A stretch of DNA of 64,000 nt from NCBI RefSeq assembly GCF_009914755.1, contig NC_060947.1; one strand, given 5' to 3'. Below are positions 61,001-64,000 of the stretch, in pieces. Source of the DNA: the human T2T-CHM13v2.0 reference genome, Homo sapiens. How positions within the stretch are numbered: position 1 is the first letter of the stretch; every line of letters begins with the position of its first letter. The position numbers were made by a program, and so were the translations under genes. The notes beneath the pieces were generated by a model, which saw nothing but the letters and a program-made list of their open reading frames with translations, was not told the DNA's origin and did no database searches.

Positions 61001-62089
61001 GCCAGGGGTTAATAAGTATATAAAGGACTTTGGATTTCTCTTTGGAGCAGCAAGGTAAAAAGGAGCTGGGGAATGGGCTAGAGTCAGACTTGGTGAGTGT
61101 GATGACCCACAAGGGTCAGTAGACAGAATGGCCATGACCCAGCGGAGAGGAGACAGGACAGGGCCCTGCCCTGATGCCGATCTCAGCCAAAAGTTGCCCT
61201 GGAGTTTTCCGCAATATGCACACTGATGTAGGCTGAGTAAGTGTTCTTTATGGCTCGGTGCCTATCATGGGGCTCAACACTTAGTAGCTGGTGGGTCTGT
61301 TTTGTAGCTGAGTGAATGAATGAATAAATGAATGTGATCCTCCCTCCGCATCACACGCCATGGGGCAGTATGCTCCACTGGTCCGACCAGAGCTTTAAAG
61401 GGAGGTTTGTGCCTCCATTTACTGGCCCTAGTTGGGTGAGAAGGCTTGAGTGGCAGTGGGAGTCAGGACTCCCTGCATTCATCTGAATGCTTATGTGAGA
61501 TTCATTATTTAAGCGACAGTGCATCCTCCAAATAAACACGTGTGTCTTTGCAGCTTGCAGCCTGGGAGCTCTATTAAACACACAGCAGCAAAAGGCCCAG
61601 GCCCGCGCTGCTGCGTGCAATTTCCAGCCAGCTCGCTATTCTTTTGTCACCGCCTTTTTATTGGTTTTCTCAAAGTGGTTACAATGCTGTTATTGTAAAA
61701 CCTTCACACCAGAAGAGCGAGACGCAGCAGAGATGGGGGAATGGAGCAATTTCTGCCAGGAGAGCCTGCAGACCCAGGTGGGGGAGGCTCCCTGGCAAAA
61801 GTGGGAGGAAGTAGAGTCTTTTCTTTGCTCAGGTCCACTTGACCGGCTAAGAAATCTACCGGGAGCCAGGGCAACCCTTGAATTCCCTGTAGGGTATATG
61901 GCCTTGGCGTTTTCTGCTCCTGGGGAGGCCCCTCTGCGAATCTCAGCAGCCCTTCCCCTTCCCAGTCCAGCCAGTTTCTGGGTGCACAACCAGGCCTGGC
62001 CCATGGCAGGGGACAGAAGTCACGCTCTTGGGGGCTATGACTTTGCCAGTGTCCCCATTTCTCACCTGCAGGAAGGACTCTTTTTCTCA

Positions 62090-63180
62090 TCCCACTGGGG
62101 TATAGGTATTGAGGTATATAATTTGCATGCAATAAAATGTGCAAATTTCAAGTGTATGCCTCGATGACTTTTTACACAACGCAGCTCAAGAAATGGAGCA
62201 GCGCTGTCCAATAGAACTTTCTGCAAAGTAGGAAATATTCTCTATCTGTCACATGTGGCTTTTGAGCATTTGAAATGTGGCTAATGCGTCTAAGCAACTG
62301 AATTTTTAATTGTACTTCATTTTAATTTCATAATCACGTGTGCCTAGCGGCTACCATATTAAACATAAATATAGAAGATTTCATCATTCCAGAAAGTCAT
62401 CATTCCAGAAAGTTCCCTTCTGCCCCCTCCAGTCACTCCCCAAGAAGTAACCACTTTTCTGACTTCTATCACCATAGGCCAGAGGTTCTCCACTTGGGCA
62501 CTGTTGACCTTTGGGGTGGGATGAGTCTTTGTCGTAGAGGACTGTCCTGTGCATTGTAGGATGTTTAACAGCATCCCTGGCCTCTACCCACCAGATGCCA
62601 GTAGCACGCGTGCACACACACACACCCCAGTTATAATAACCAAAACTGTCTCCAGACATTGCCAAATGTCCCGCAATGGGGGATGGGAGTTGTGGATTCA
62701 CCCTTGATCGAGAACCCCTACCCTAAATTAGTTTTTCCTGTTCTTAAACGTCCTATTAATGGAATCATACATTATGTAATTTGTGTCCAGCTCCTTTTGC
62801 CCAACATAATGTCTGAGCTTCCTCCATGTTGTTTCGAGTATCTGAAGCTGATTCCTTTTCATTGCTGAGTACTATTCCATTGCCTAGATATACTGCAGTT
62901 TGTTTATTCATTGGTCTGTTGATAAACATTTGGGTTGTTTCCAATTTGGGGCTGTTATGCATAAAGTCACTGTGAACATTCATGTACAGATCTTTGTGTG
63001 GGTGTAGGTTTTTATTTCAATGCCCAAGAGTGGAATTGCTTGGTCACAGGTACATAGGTATTTAGGTTTATCAGAAACTCTTCTCCAGAGTGGCCATTTT
63101 CCACTCCTACTGGCAATGCATGAGAGTTCCTGTTCCCGAGCACCCTTGCCTCTGTCTTTTTAATTTTAGCCATTCTAATG
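62090..63180 (-). mobile_element. Old L1M with nested MER3 (~62199-62372) and MER20 (~62478-62720)
   Basis: ATGGAATCATACATTATGTA...ACATTTGGGTTGTTTCCA; MER20 GTCCTGTGCATTGTAGGATGTTTAACAGCATCCCTGGCCTCTACCCACCAGATGCCAGTAGC. Confidence 0.82.
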
Positions 63181-63187
63181 GATTCTA

Positions 63188-63623
<436 letters not shown>

Positions 63624-63908
63624 AAAAGTGTAAGCAGTGGAAGGGAACTTGGAGACCCCCAGCCTTTGGCCTTCATGAGCTCTGAAACCAGGGAGCCGAG
63701 TATGCCTTGGAGCCACTCACAGTGGGCAGTAGGGGAGGTAGGTTGCTTCCCAGCAATGTTCTTTCTGCTCCACAGCTTGTTGGAGGGAAGAGGCCTCAAC
63801 ATGACCATCCCACAGGGAAAAAGAAAACACAGACAGGGAGACAGAGTTTGCATCATGAATGAGAATGACAGGAAAAAATGTATTTTATAGGAGACCCTCA
63901 ACCCCTTC

Positions 63909-63968
63909 CCACACACACAGACATGCATGCATATGCACACACAGACACACACACACACACACACACAC
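63909..63968 (+). repeat. Imperfect (CA)n
   Basis: CACACACAGACATGCATGCATATGCACACACAGACACACACA... Confidence 0.85.
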
Positions 63969-64000
63969 TCCCCTCCATGAGAGACATGGGACAGCAATTC

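Overview
This is primate, most likely human, intergenic DNA rich in repeats, not microbial sequence. It holds about 30 Alu/FLAM copies plus MIR, L2, old L1M, MaLR/ERVL/ERV1 solo LTRs and hAT/Tigger DNA-transposon fossils. I find no intact protein-coding gene. Firm landmarks are a 7SL RNA retrocopy (2704-3003, -), a full-length processed GAPDH pseudogene (3093-4394, -), a 5'-truncated OOEP processed pseudogene (7531-8089, -), a CpG island (~36760-38350) and the exact mature miR-1587 sequence (53741-53760, +). From memory, the combination RN7SL732P / GAPDHP1 / MIR1587 places the window at Xp11.4, in the gene-poor region near BCOR; BLAT should confirm this. I see no convincing novel multi-gene system. 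The most interesting signals are: three same-strand retrocopies within 5.5 kb (two inside one MIR), an apparently orphan CpG island with TATA/homeodomain motifs, a tandem CTCF/YY1 site, a G-quadruplex miRNA lying inside a MaLR LTR, a ~5 kb transposon-free block, and several unusual Alu structures. Repeat family names come from recalled consensus sequences and boundaries are approximate unless target-site duplications (TSDs) are given.
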